Positions 1-10,825 are shown, numbered from the stretch's first letter. The stretch is DNA of 64,000 nt from an uncultured Thermoplasmatales archaeon (GCA_964648565.1 CAZYLG010000001.1:12315-76314), one strand, 5' to 3'. Numbers and translations are program-made. The notes: generated by a model not told the origin, from the sequence alone.

Positions 1-46
1 AAAAAAATATTTAATTAAACAAAAGATAATCGTAGAGAGAATAAAA

Positions 47-376
47 ATGTATTATGTAATATATGACAGTGAAGACAGAATGACATTAGTTTGTACCGAC
101 AAAAAACCCGTTATAGATGAAGATGCTATAGAATTTAGTTATATATATTGGATGGGAACTCTGATTGATGACGATGAAGGTGGACGGGGTAGATTTTCTG
201 GTTCAGAAAAATTTTTTATATTAGTTGAAAGTGATGAAATAAATGAAGAAAATCTTATTGTCACACAAAATTTTGATGAAATAAAAAATAAATTTAGATT
301 GATTGCAAAACATGTTAAGAATAAAGAAGATAGCATAAAGGCTTTTTTTGAAAAGAATAAACATGGTAATCAATAA
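47..376 (+). CDS. hypothetical protein, 109 aa, acidic
   Basis: Open reading frame with ATG start and AT-rich leader. No recognisable motifs. Confidence 0.4.
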   Translation: MYYVIYDSEDRMTLVCTDKKPVIDEDAIEFSYIYWMGTLIDDDEGGRGRFSGSEKFFILVESDEINEENLIVTQNFDEIKNKFRLIAKHVKNKEDSIKAFFEKNKHGNQ

Positions 377-388
377 AAGGAGCAAAAA

Positions 389-529
389 ATGAATAAAAGC
401 GATATGATTATAAAAGCACTAACTAAATTAATAAAACAAATCAATGAGATGAAGGAAGTAATGAATACTATGTCTGAATCAATTGATTTATTGGTTAAAA
501 TAGAGACAGAACGAATCAAGGAGGATTAA
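389..529 (+). CDS. small hypothetical protein, 46 aa (MNKSDMIIKALTKLIKQINEMKEVMNTMSESIDLLVKIETERIKED), absent from the ORF track because it is under 60 aa
   Basis: ATG at 389 sits 6 nt after AAAGGAG. The stop TAA at 527..529 is followed immediately by the next ATG at 531. The product is predicted to be helical. Confidence 0.45.
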   Translation: MNKSDMIIKALTKLIKQINEMKEVMNTMSESIDLLVKIETERIKED

Positions 530-530
530 T

Positions 531-758
531 ATGCCCCATAGAATAAATAAGTTACTAAATGAAAAAGGAACAGTAAGTTCATACAACAAACAAGATGTTT
601 CTACAAGAGAATATTATTATGATCGAGAAACAACTGATAAAAAACAACAAGATGAATTTGCCGACAATTTAAAAAAATTAGATAAATTTAATGCAAAACT
701 TATTAAAGAATTAGAAAAAGGTGAAAAAGCTGATTTTAAGTTAAGTAAAGAGGAGTAA
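531..758 (+). CDS. hypothetical protein, 75 aa, charged, likely coiled coil
   Basis: AAGGAGG precedes the ATG at 531. Translationally coupled to the neighbouring genes. Confidence 0.5.
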   Translation: MPHRINKLLNEKGTVSSYNKQDVSTREYYYDRETTDKKQQDEFADNLKKLDKFNAKLIKELEKGEKADFKLSKEE

Positions 759-762
759 ATAT

Positions 763-3700
763 ATGAGTTTCCCTTCAAGTCCAGTAAATGGTCAAGTATA
801 TGGTAATTATGAATGGGACGAATCATTAGGAGCATGGAGAGATACAGGCGGGGTAGACATCCCTGGTATTTTTTATGGTATATCTACCGGTGATAGAAGT
901 TTGGCTGGAGGTGCTCTTATTCCGTTTCAAAATGTAGTTAAAGAAAGTACATATCTCACGTATGATGATATAAATAATATTATTGAAATAGGTAGAGATG
1001 GTTGGTACTATATTACCTATCATATGACTACATATATTCCATCAGGTACCGGAGATAATAATTCGTATGCTTGGTTAGAAATTGATTCTGGAGCAGGATA
1101 CGACGAAGTAGTTGGTTCCAGGGGTGGTATGTATAATGAAGATGCTTCTACCGGAACTAATAGTACTTCTGTAGAAATCTATCAATATCTTAATGAAGGA
1201 GATAAAGTTCGTCTTTTTGCTTCTCAAGATAGTGGATCACAAGCAGTATGGTTACTTGGTGGGTCCACCGCATTACTTATTAGAACAGTTGAAGGCGTAA
1301 AAGGTGAAAAAGGGGAAGTACCTGAACATGAATGGAATGGTTCTGAATTACGATTTAGAAGTTCAGACGGAACATGGGGGAGTTACACAGATTTGTCTGG
1401 ACCTCCAGGAACTCCTGGACCACAAGGACCTCAAGGACAACCAGGTTTAGCCGCGGCGTGGACAACAGGGTCATATTCATATGGAGCTCTTGTATCACAC
1501 AATGATTTATTATATATTAGTACAGAAGCCGACAATACAGATGAACCTGGTACTACAGACACCTGGAAGCAATGGAATCCAGCATTAGAAATGGATGAAA
1601 TGCCATTGGGTACTATTTTACCGTGGCATGAAAGTTTTGAAGCAATGAAAAATCCGCCACGATCTATTGGGTTCAATGGTGAATATAAAGAAAACGCTTT
1701 ACAGGATAATTCTGCAGATTTTAATACTGATGGAGTTATGGTTGGTGATATTGTAGTAAACAAAACCGATCAGATTTTTGCTAAAGTAGTAGCAAAAGTT
1801 CCGCATATGATTACATTAGATTATGATGCTTTTCCTTCAGGTGGTGAAGAATATGAAGTATATCCACAAGCAATATTACATCCAGCATTTGAGAAATGTG
1901 ATGGTCAGACATTAAATGATTCGACATCTCCTTTTGACGGAAGACAACTACCTAATACAAATTCTGCTCGAGAATTTTTACGTGGAGGAAATTTATCTGG
2001 TGTTAAAGAATCTGATGCCTTTCAGGGTCACGAACATCAAGTATCATTCTCTCAATCATCTAATACATATGATTACTACCGTGTAGATAACACGTATTTT
2101 GTACTAAGTAATGATACAGATACCGTTGGGATAAAAGACAAAAGTGGTTACGGCACCGCTAGATATGATGTAGAGACTCGACCTGTAAATATGTCTGTGA
2201 TTTATATTATTAAAGTTCGTAATATTGATAGCATAAGATTTGCTACTGAATATAAAGTTGATGGTGATAATTTTCATAGTTTTACTCCAATAACACAATT
2301 ACGACCAGATATGGAATTCCCTGTATATGATCCTATAAGTTCTACATACCAAAAAATACGTTTAGATAATTTTGTTATATCAAAACCTTATTTAAGAATA
2401 GAGGATAATAAACCATTTGGAGAACATGGTGGGGCTGTACCAACTACTGACACATGGTTTACAAGAACATTAAACACTGTTTACAACAATGAAATTAATA
2501 ATTCTGATTTAAGTGGAAGTTTGATAACGTTACCGCCAGGGAGATATTATATTCGTTGGAAAGTACCAGGAAGGGCGATATTACGTTTCACATCACGTAT
2601 TTTAGATATCACACACAATAAAGTATTAGCATCTGGTTCTAATGAATATGCACACACTGGTTATTCACATTCACTTTGGTCTACTGGTGAAACTCAAATT
2701 GAACTAAAAGAAGATACACAACTTGCTGTTCAAATGATTGCCGGGACAAATAGTGGGAATGATGATCTCGGTATTAGTATGAATGGTGACGGACTTAATG
2801 AGATAGGACATGAAACATATACTACATTTGAAGCATGGCAACTACATTCAATATCAGAAACATATTCAACTGAAACTGTAAATAATGTTAATACTGCGCC
2901 AATGTTTCATTTAAGAGAAGAATTTGAACCTGGAACTTCAAGAAATTTATCACAAAATACATGGCATACACGTGAATTAAATACCGAACGTATAAATGAA
3001 GTTTCTGGCGCGACTTCAGATTTAGAAAATCATACTATTACTTTACCTGCTGGTAGATATTATTTTGAATTTAATTGTTATTCCTATGCTACTAATGCTA
3101 ATGTATGTAGGTTACAAGATGTAACTCATAACATAACATTGATAGAAGGTTTTACAGGGTATTCTAGTACATCAACTGACGTATATATACAAGGTTCTGG
3201 AGTGGTTGAACTACTAACAGAATCAACATTGGAATTGCAACATGCATGGGATAATGATGGTGGTAATAATGAATTTGGTGTTAACACAACTAATACTATG
3301 GGACAACGACAAATTCATGCTGAACTAAAGGGGTGGCAACATAATGCGTATGAAATTACTACTACCTTAGAACAACATCAGAATATTAATACTCCACCAT
3401 TATTCCAAATTGAACATAGAACCGATGATGAAATTTCACCGACTGATACAACTAATGATCATACATGGTTACCACGTAGTCTTAATACTACAGTTATAAA
3501 CGAAACAGATGCTATATTGGGAGATAATGGAGAATTTACTCTTACTCCTGGAAAATGGTACATTGATTGGTTCGAGGTTGGTTACAGAACATATCGCTGG
3601 GCAAGTATAATCTGGGATAAAACACATGGTAAAATGGCTTTAGTTGGAGCACAAGGGTATAATCATACAAGTTATTCGGTAATGACTCATTCTAATGGAA

Positions 3701-6700
3701 GTGGGTATATAGTCGTTAATGAAGACACTACATTTCAAATGATGCATTATTCTGAAACCAGTGGAGATGATAATAGAACATGGGGATTTTCTGACGGGGA
3801 ACCGTATACTCCATATAAAATTCATGCTCAGTTAAAAGCCTGGCAAGTTAATACTTATGATATTACTATTAATAAAACAATAACAACTGAACATAATATT
3901 AATCGTCCTCCAACAATTCATATACAAGAACGACAAGCTCCTGGAGCTGATGCTGGAGGATTTCTAAATGGAAACGGTTTATGGAGTCCAAGAAGAATAA
4001 ATTCTATAGTTATTAATGAAGTAACTGGAGCTTCATTTGATTCTGTAAATTATCAACTAACTGTTCCGGTTGGTCTATACGATTTAGATTGGTGGGCGAA
4101 CGCATATGATGTTAACGGTCACAAAACGAGAATATTTGATGTCACTCATAGTATTACCATCGCTGAAGGTTCTAATGAATATGCAGATACAAGTTACCAA
4201 CATATAACTCGTTCTAGAGGCTCTTTTACCCATCAATTCACTGAAGAGACTGTTATAGAATTACAACATGCAGCAGAAAGTGAATCTGGGGATAATCATG
4301 ACCAAGGTTTTCAAATGGCTAGTAGGTTTAATCCTGTAGAATATGAATTATATGCTGAATTAAAGTTACAGCAAGTCGAAGCATTTGAAATAACTAGAAC
4401 ATTTAATATAACTACTGAAAATAATATTAATCGACCACCTAAATTCCATATCCAAGAACGTCAGCCTAATGATATTAATTCATATGAACCAGCTCCATCA
4501 ACAGACAATACATGGATAACGAGAAAAATTAATACTCATGTATTAAATGAGATTACCGGAGCTTCACTTGATGATGTTGCTCATCAATTTACATTACCTC
4601 CTGGTAAATATGACATAGATTGGAGATGCTCATTATATAATCCAGATTATTTTAATTCAAGATTATATGATGTAACCCATATGAATACAGCTATTCAGGG
4701 GTATGGATCACATAATAATGATCAACATACACTAAGTGAAGGACGTCAAACCATAGAGTTAATTGAAGAAACAACATTTGAATTACAATTTATTGTATCA
4801 GATAACGCCGAAAGTTCATGGATCGGAGGTCACCAATCTGGGAATTCACACCCGTCAATATTATATGAATTATATTCAGATATCGAAATTTTTCAAATTG
4901 AAGAACATAATATTACGATTGATCATACTATAACCACTGAACACAACAGTAATCGTCCACCCCGAGTGCATGCTCAGGAAGTATTACCATATGGTACAGG
5001 TGATAGAAATCAAGGACGAGCTGGACCATTTGATGCCAATGATACATGGACAAGAAGAAGAATAAATATGCTTCGAAGTAACGAAATTAACGGAGTATTA
5101 TTTAGTTCAGATACTGGAAAATTTATTTTTCCAGCTGGTAGATATGACGTCGATTGGTATGCAATATCATATGCAGCATATTCTCACACAACACAATTAT
5201 ATGACTCAACTCATAATGAAGTTCTTGTACAAGGTTCGATGGGGTATAATCATGCTTCGTATCCATCTAATACGTATTCTGTTGGAAGAGGATCATTTGA
5301 ATTAACAGAAGAAACTATTATAGAAATTCGTCATATAGCTGATTCAAGTTCTACAGATTCTCATGCAATGGGAGAATCATACCCTGAGAATGTCATTTCT
5401 GGGTTGGAACAACAAATATATGCTGACGTATTATTCCAGCAAACAGAGGCTCTTGAAATAGTTCAAGAATATAATATTACTCAACAACATAATATTAATT
5501 TTCCTCCAACATTGTTTATGGAGGAACGTCAACCACTTGGTACCGATGCTGGTGATATAACACCAACTTGGAGACCACGAAAATTAAATACTATAATTAA
5601 AAATGAAATTACCGGAGCATCATTAGATACTTCAATAAATTCATTTACATTACCACCTGGTAAATATTTTATCAATTCTATTGCTCCTGCAAGATATGTT
5701 GACTTACATCGTACTCGATTATTTAATGAAACAAAATTTATACAGGAATTAATTAGTGATTCAGTAGAAGGAGATAATGACCAAGGTGGAGTTAGTTTCG
5801 CGCATTTAAGTGGTTATATAGAAATATCAGAGGAAACTACATTCCAGATACAACATAAAAGTAATTACCAAAGAAACGGGGATGGAATGGGTCAATCAAC
5901 CGGTATCGATTCAACATTTTATGATGCTGGATATGAAAAATATTGTACCACATACATTCAACAAATAGAAGAATATACTGTTAACAGAGAAATAGATTTT
6001 AGAACAGAATTTAGTCTCAATTCTCCACCACTGTTTTATGCTGAATATAGAGTAGAAAATGGTCAAAATTCAGAAGAAAGTATTCCGGCCAATACATGGA
6101 CTACAAGATTCATCAACACTCCAGTTACAAATGAAATTACAGGAGCGGAATTAAATAATAATGAAATTACTCTTCCTTCTGGACTATATTGGGTAGAGTG
6201 GTCTGCATTGGCCGGAGATGTAGATAGTCATAGATCAAGATTATATGATGTAACTCATAGTAAAACGTTACTTTATGGTAATTCGATGTTTGCTGAGAAT
6301 AGTTATTGGGTTCAAAATACTAGTGATGGACAAGGTAGAATTTATCTTGATGAAGAAACTATGGTACGAATAGAACATATTATGACTCATGATGGTAGTG
6401 GATCGAGAGCCGGATATAATACTAATTTTATAAGTAGTAGTCATGAAACATATAATTGGATAAAAATTGAAGCTACTGAAATCCATGAGATAACGCGAGA
6501 ATATACTCAGTCACAGGACAACAATATTAATCGACCACCAATATTACACGTGCAACACAGAATGCCGGCTGGCCAACATGGTGGCGCACTAGGTATTCAT
6601 AATGACACATGGTATACAAGACCATTGAATACAATTGTTACTAATGAAATAGAAGAAATATCTGGTACTAGAGCGAAAGCAATTGGAACAGAAGATGTAT

Positions 6701-9700
6701 CTGGGATAATTGATTGGACAGTTAATAATGAAACATTTGATATTGAAGTAAACGGTGGAACTGTATTTACTGTTACATTCACAACTATTACAAATAGTGT
6801 TTTAGAGGTTGTTACTGTTATAAATGATGAGTTTAACAGCCAAGGACTCTCAGATGTAATTCAAGCATATGATACTGGATCTAATACAATAGAAATTAGA
6901 ACAACTGCTATTGGTTCTAATCAAACATTCACATTAATATCAGGTACTACTAACGATGCTTTAACGATATTAGGGTTAACTCCTGGTACGTATACAGGTA
7001 CAAATGTGATAGGAGGATTAAATCCATATACAAATCAATTTACATTAACTGCTGGTATATATGACATCGATTGGAAACTAAATGCATACGGTAGTAATGA
7101 TTCAAATTCACAACTATATGATGTAACTCATGGTACAGTATTATTGTCTGGATCTTCAGAATTTACAAGTACATCATATCAAGCAAGCGTTAAGACATTC
7201 GGACATGGATCATTTGAATTAACAGAAACTACTACATTGGAATTACAACAAATAGTTCAAAGCAATGCGAACACAGATTCAGTAACTGGTAATTCGACAT
7301 CAAGTTATCCGGGGCTTATCCAACATGAAATATATGGAGATGTTTTAATATCAAAGATAAATTCTTTCAATATTAATAGAGAATTTACTATATCTCAGAA
7401 TAATAATATTAATACTCCACCCATGGTGCATCTTGAAGAACGACAACCAGTCGGAACTGAATCCGGTGATTTTGAATCTGGAGTATGGAGAACAAGAAAA
7501 TTAAATACTGTTGTTACAAATGAATTACCTGGAGATTCTAGCGCCACTCCACCTATACCTCCGGCACAATTTGATGTACTAACACATACTCTTATATTAC
7601 CAGCTGGTGAATATTATGCTGATATATGGGCACCAGTATATATAGTAGATAGTCATGTCGCTCGTCTACAAGATGTATCAAACAATACTACATTATTATG
7701 GGGTACTTCAGAATTTGCTCAAGACAACTATTACGTAAGTAACTACTCACATATTAGTGGAAGATTTATATTATCTGAAGAAACATCATTACAAGTTCAA
7801 CATCAATGTCAAGTAACACGTAATAGTAACGGATTTGGTGTAGCCGCAGGAAGCTCAATATCAGGCCTCGATCATGAAACATATTCTACAGCAAAATTTT
7901 GGCAAGTTACTGCTCAAGAAGTAGTTGGACGAGAACTTACGACGATAGAAGACCATTATCGCCCTCCATTATTTTATATTACTGATCAACGTAACGGGGT
8001 TAATGGTGGTCAGGCTTTATCTGGTTGGACACAAAATATAAGAGAATTAAATGTAATACGTACAAATGAAATTAGTGGAGCATCATTGGATGTGGCAACT
8101 GATACGATTACTCTTCCAGCTGGAAAATATTATATTGAATGGTCATGTCCTGCTTATGATGTCGGGTATCATGTTAGTAGATTACATAATCTTACTGATG
8201 CACAAATTTATATGGGAGAAGTAGCTCACTCAGGTGGCACTCAAACTCGTAGTGAAGGATCAACATCGTTCGAAATAATGCATGAATGTGAATTTCAAAT
8301 TGAACATGGTGTCGAATTGGGTGGATCGAACACTCAAGAATTAGGTTCTACAGCTGGTCATGGATATGGAGATGATGTTTATACTACGATAAGAATATGG
8401 CAAACATATGCAGATACAGTTACTCGGACATTAGATTATACTCATAACGTGAATATGCCTCCATTGTTACACATGGAAAGTAGAATCAACGGAAGTGCTA
8501 CTGAAACGACCCCTTCACCAAATGCTTGGAATATAAGAGAATTAAATACTATTGTTGGTGCAAACGAAATTAGTGGAGCATCATTGGATTCTACTACACA
8601 TGAATTTACATTACCTGCAGGAATGTATATGTTTGATGTTATTGTTCCAGCATATAAAACAAATGGATGGAGATCTCGGCTCTATAATGTAACAGCAGAC
8701 ACCACAGCATTATGGGGCACTACTACATATGCTAATGCTACTGGAAATGTAGAAAATAATTCATTTATAAAAGGGCGCTTAGATCTCACAGAAGAGACGA
8801 CACTACGAATAGAATATTATATTAATAATAATGATTCTAGTGCTGCTGGAAACGGATATAATGAAACAAGTGCGATGGGTGCATCATTCTCAACATATGC
8901 CGTAGCTCTTGTGTATGCTATAGAAGTATATAATATTACAAGAGATTTAACGATAGAACAAAACATCAATATACCACCAGTATTCCACGCACGAGAAACA
9001 TATACAGGTACGAATGATTCATATGATCTAGATAATGCATGGGTAACACGACATATTAATTCAGTAGTAAGAAATGAAATTACCGATGCAGCATTAAATA
9101 CATCTGATTATCAAATTACATTACCTGCTGGGAAGTACATGATTGAATGGAAGACATACATGCTTGGACAGGGATGGGGTAAATCTCGAATTCAAAATAT
9201 AGGAACATCTACTACTATAGCAGAAGGTATAGTAGAATCTGGTGGTTCTGCTTCTACAATGAGTCCATCAAAACAAATTATAGAGTTAACTGAAACTACG
9301 ACATTAGAATTACAAAATTATGTAAGTAGCTCTGCTATTGATTTTAATTCGGATACTCCTCCAGTTCCAGGTCCGTATATTTGGGCAGAATTCTATGCTT
9401 GGCAAATCAATACATTAGAAATAAATACAACAGCAACCTATACATATGAAGCTAATACTGCTCCAACATTAATTGTAGAAGAACGTCAACCAGTCGGAAC
9501 TGAATCTGGTGATTTTACATCAGGAAGTCGACAAAGAAGAGTAATAAATTCAGTTATTATTAACGAAATTACTGGAGCTGAATTAGAATTTGATCAACCA
9601 CAAATCACCTTACCTGCTGGGCAATATGAAATATCATTTGAAGCTCAAGCATATAAAGTAGATAGGCATAAAGCATGGTTACACTCTGTAACAAGTGGTC

Positions 9701-9930
9701 TTGATCATATTGAAGGTTCGACGGAGTATGCAGGGAGCACAATTGATGTAACCACATCATCAAAAGGATTTAATAGAGTTATCTTATCACAAAATGAAAC
9801 ATTAGAATTGCAACACGAGTGTGAGACAACAAAAACAACTAATGGGCTTGGAGTCGTAAGTGGTGGTGTATTCTCAACTGTAAATCATGAATGTTATTCA
9901 AAAATAATTATTAAACGGATAGGAGATTAA
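763..9930 (+). CDS. giant fibre-like structural protein, 3055 aa. It has an N-terminal MSFPSSP..W motif, a short collagen-like G-X-Y segment, about 14 tandem ~170-aa repeats, and one inserted module shared with the 1843-aa protein.
   Basis: AGGAG 6 nt upstream of the ATG. An uninterrupted 9.2-kb ORF. Each repeat carries TWxTRxLNT..NEITGASLD..TLPxGKY.I.W..RLYDVTHN..ELQH..NINRPP.FHxQERQ. Repeat starts near nt 2452, 2957, 3462, 3978, 4508, 5041, 5563, 6093, 6603, 7482, 8020, 8522, 9038 and 9525. The collagen-like run GPPGTPGPQGPQGQPG is at 1399..1446. Confidence 0.85.
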   Translation: MSFPSSPVNGQVYGNYEWDESLGAWRDTGGVDIPGIFYGISTGDRSLAGGALIPFQNVVKESTYLTYDDINNIIEIGRDGWYYITYHMTTYIPSGTGDNNSYAWLEIDSGAGYDEVVGSRGGMYNEDASTGTNSTSVEIYQYLNEGDKVRLFASQDSGSQAVWLLGGSTALLIRTVEGVKGEKGEVPEHEWNGSELRFRSSDGTWGSYTDLSGPPGTPGPQGPQGQPGLAAAWTTGSYSYGALVSHNDLLYISTEADNTDEPGTTDTWKQWNPALEMDEMPLGTILPWHESFEAMKNPPRSIGFNGEYKENALQDNSADFNTDGVMVGDIVVNKTDQIFAKVVAKVPHMITLDYDAFPSGGEEYEVYPQAILHPAFEKCDGQTLNDSTSPFDGRQLPNTNSAREFLRGGNLSGVKESDAFQGHEHQVSFSQSSNTYDYYRVDNTYFVLSNDTDTVGIKDKSGYGTARYDVETRPVNMSVIYIIKVRNIDSIRFATEYKVDGDNFHSFTPITQLRPDMEFPVYDPISSTYQKIRLDNFVISKPYLRIEDNKPFGEHGGAVPTTDTWFTRTLNTVYNNEINNSDLSGSLITLPPGRYYIRWKVPGRAILRFTSRILDITHNKVLASGSNEYAHTGYSHSLWSTGETQIELKEDTQLAVQMIAGTNSGNDDLGISMNGDGLNEIGHETYTTFEAWQLHSISETYSTETVNNVNTAPMFHLREEFEPGTSRNLSQNTWHTRELNTERINEVSGATSDLENHTITLPAGRYYFEFNCYSYATNANVCRLQDVTHNITLIEGFTGYSSTSTDVYIQGSGVVELLTESTLELQHAWDNDGGNNEFGVNTTNTMGQRQIHAELKGWQHNAYEITTTLEQHQNINTPPLFQIEHRTDDEISPTDTTNDHTWLPRSLNTTVINETDAILGDNGEFTLTPGKWYIDWFEVGYRTYRWASIIWDKTHGKMALVGAQGYNHTSYSVMTHSNGSGYIVVNEDTTFQMMHYSETSGDDNRTWGFSDGEPYTPYKIHAQLKAWQVNTYDITINKTITTEHNINRPPTIHIQERQAPGADAGGFLNGNGLWSPRRINSIVINEVTGASFDSVNYQLTVPVGLYDLDWWANAYDVNGHKTRIFDVTHSITIAEGSNEYADTSYQHITRSRGSFTHQFTEETVIELQHAAESESGDNHDQGFQMASRFNPVEYELYAELKLQQVEAFEITRTFNITTENNINRPPKFHIQERQPNDINSYEPAPSTDNTWITRKINTHVLNEITGASLDDVAHQFTLPPGKYDIDWRCSLYNPDYFNSRLYDVTHMNTAIQGYGSHNNDQHTLSEGRQTIELIEETTFELQFIVSDNAESSWIGGHQSGNSHPSILYELYSDIEIFQIEEHNITIDHTITTEHNSNRPPRVHAQEVLPYGTGDRNQGRAGPFDANDTWTRRRINMLRSNEINGVLFSSDTGKFIFPAGRYDVDWYAISYAAYSHTTQLYDSTHNEVLVQGSMGYNHASYPSNTYSVGRGSFELTEETIIEIRHIADSSSTDSHAMGESYPENVISGLEQQIYADVLFQQTEALEIVQEYNITQQHNINFPPTLFMEERQPLGTDAGDITPTWRPRKLNTIIKNEITGASLDTSINSFTLPPGKYFINSIAPARYVDLHRTRLFNETKFIQELISDSVEGDNDQGGVSFAHLSGYIEISEETTFQIQHKSNYQRNGDGMGQSTGIDSTFYDAGYEKYCTTYIQQIEEYTVNREIDFRTEFSLNSPPLFYAEYRVENGQNSEESIPANTWTTRFINTPVTNEITGAELNNNEITLPSGLYWVEWSALAGDVDSHRSRLYDVTHSKTLLYGNSMFAENSYWVQNTSDGQGRIYLDEETMVRIEHIMTHDGSGSRAGYNTNFISSSHETYNWIKIEATEIHEITREYTQSQDNNINRPPILHVQHRMPAGQHGGALGIHNDTWYTRPLNTIVTNEIEEISGTRAKAIGTEDVSGIIDWTVNNETFDIEVNGGTVFTVTFTTITNSVLEVVTVINDEFNSQGLSDVIQAYDTGSNTIEIRTTAIGSNQTFTLISGTTNDALTILGLTPGTYTGTNVIGGLNPYTNQFTLTAGIYDIDWKLNAYGSNDSNSQLYDVTHGTVLLSGSSEFTSTSYQASVKTFGHGSFELTETTTLELQQIVQSNANTDSVTGNSTSSYPGLIQHEIYGDVLISKINSFNINREFTISQNNNINTPPMVHLEERQPVGTESGDFESGVWRTRKLNTVVTNELPGDSSATPPIPPAQFDVLTHTLILPAGEYYADIWAPVYIVDSHVARLQDVSNNTTLLWGTSEFAQDNYYVSNYSHISGRFILSEETSLQVQHQCQVTRNSNGFGVAAGSSISGLDHETYSTAKFWQVTAQEVVGRELTTIEDHYRPPLFYITDQRNGVNGGQALSGWTQNIRELNVIRTNEISGASLDVATDTITLPAGKYYIEWSCPAYDVGYHVSRLHNLTDAQIYMGEVAHSGGTQTRSEGSTSFEIMHECEFQIEHGVELGGSNTQELGSTAGHGYGDDVYTTIRIWQTYADTVTRTLDYTHNVNMPPLLHMESRINGSATETTPSPNAWNIRELNTIVGANEISGASLDSTTHEFTLPAGMYMFDVIVPAYKTNGWRSRLYNVTADTTALWGTTTYANATGNVENNSFIKGRLDLTEETTLRIEYYINNNDSSAAGNGYNETSAMGASFSTYAVALVYAIEVYNITRDLTIEQNINIPPVFHARETYTGTNDSYDLDNAWVTRHINSVVRNEITDAALNTSDYQITLPAGKYMIEWKTYMLGQGWGKSRIQNIGTSTTIAEGIVESGGSASTMSPSKQIIELTETTTLELQNYVSSSAIDFNSDTPPVPGPYIWAEFYAWQINTLEINTTATYTYEANTAPTLIVEERQPVGTESGDFTSGSRQRRVINSVIINEITGAELEFDQPQITLPAGQYEISFEAQAYKVDRHKAWLHSVTSGLDHIEGSTEYAGSTIDVTTSSKGFNRVILSQNETLELQHECETTKTTNGLGVVSGGVFSTVNHECYSKIIIKRIGD
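1399..1446 (+). repeat. collagen-like Gly-X-Y triplet run (GPPGTPGPQGPQGQPG) inside the 3055-aa ORF
   Basis: Read directly from the translation. Loose GxY triplets (GEKGEV) precede it at about 1300..1330. Confidence 0.7.
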
Positions 9931-9932
9931 TT

Positions 9933-10469
9933 ATGAAAGACGGAACTATTGTATTACAGAAAGCTAGTGGACATGCTAAAGGTTTTGAAAAATTAGTATT
10001 AGATGCTATTGTATTTTTTACTGAAAGTCCTTATGTTCATGTGTTATTATATATGGATGATGAATTTTGGGAAAGTACTATATTTATGGATGGAAAATGG
10101 CTTTTTTCTGGCGTACGAACAAGAAAAAATGTACCTCATCAGGTTGCTTTAGAACCAATAAAAGACTTAACAGCTGAAGAAAAAAAGAAAATAAAGAAAT
10201 ATATGGAAAAAATGAGGGATTATAATGTACCTTATAATTTTGCTCGTTTAGTTGCTCTCGCTGTTGTATATCCATTAAAAGGTATTTTCAAACTACTTAA
10301 TTGGGTTCCTTTTAAGGCTGAATTTTTTGGTGAAGTATGTTCTACATTTGTAGATGAAGCATATGAACAAGCTGGAAGGGATTTATTACCTAATGAAATG
10401 GAAGAATATACTGCTCCTGGTGATTTTCTAAAATTAGTGGAATTAGGAACATTTAAAAGAATTAAATAA
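9933..10469 (+). CDS. hypothetical protein, 178 aa; possible permuted papain-like (NlpC/P60/YiiX-like) amidase, a tail-associated lysin candidate
   Basis: GGAG precedes the ATG. A conserved His (HVLLYMDD) lies N-terminal to a Cys in GEVCSTFVDEAYEQAG, the arrangement seen in permuted papain-fold amidases. The similarity is weak. Confidence 0.35.
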   Translation: MKDGTIVLQKASGHAKGFEKLVLDAIVFFTESPYVHVLLYMDDEFWESTIFMDGKWLFSGVRTRKNVPHQVALEPIKDLTAEEKKKIKKYMEKMRDYNVPYNFARLVALAVVYPLKGIFKLLNWVPFKAEFFGEVCSTFVDEAYEQAGRDLLPNEMEEYTAPGDFLKLVELGTFKRIK

Positions 10470-10824
10470 ATCTCCGTAATTTTTCGGTAGCTAAGTCACC
10501 CTTAATAATACTTGCCTCATCCTCGAGAATTCGATATAATTCCTCTTGGTCTATTTTTTTGGTCTCTAACTCCACCATCTTATCAACAATGTGAGATACT
10601 TTTTCTACAGTCATATTTTTATTTTTCAACTTATTTAATTCATCACTATATTTATTCAATTTATAGTTTGTATCATACAACAATTGTTTTGCGGATAAAT
10701 AATCTACAATTAATGCTGTTATTTCATTAGTTATATCTACTTCAAGACCTTTTCTATTTTTAATAGATACTTTACCGCCCTCTCGTATCACTCTTTTTAA
10801 TTGTTTAGTAAAATTATCATTCAT
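10462..10824 (-). CDS. hypothetical coiled-coil protein, 120 aa
   Basis: ORF 2 nt downstream of the gp6-like gene on the minus strand. Its stop overlaps the convergent + gene by 8 nt. Confidence 0.45.
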   Translation of the reverse strand: MNDNFTKQLKRVIREGGKVSIKNRKGLEVDITNEITALIVDYLSAKQLLYDTNYKLNKYSDELNKLKNKNMTVEKVSHIVDKMVELETKKIDQEELYRILEDEASIIKGDLATEKLRRFI

Positions 10825-10825
10825 A

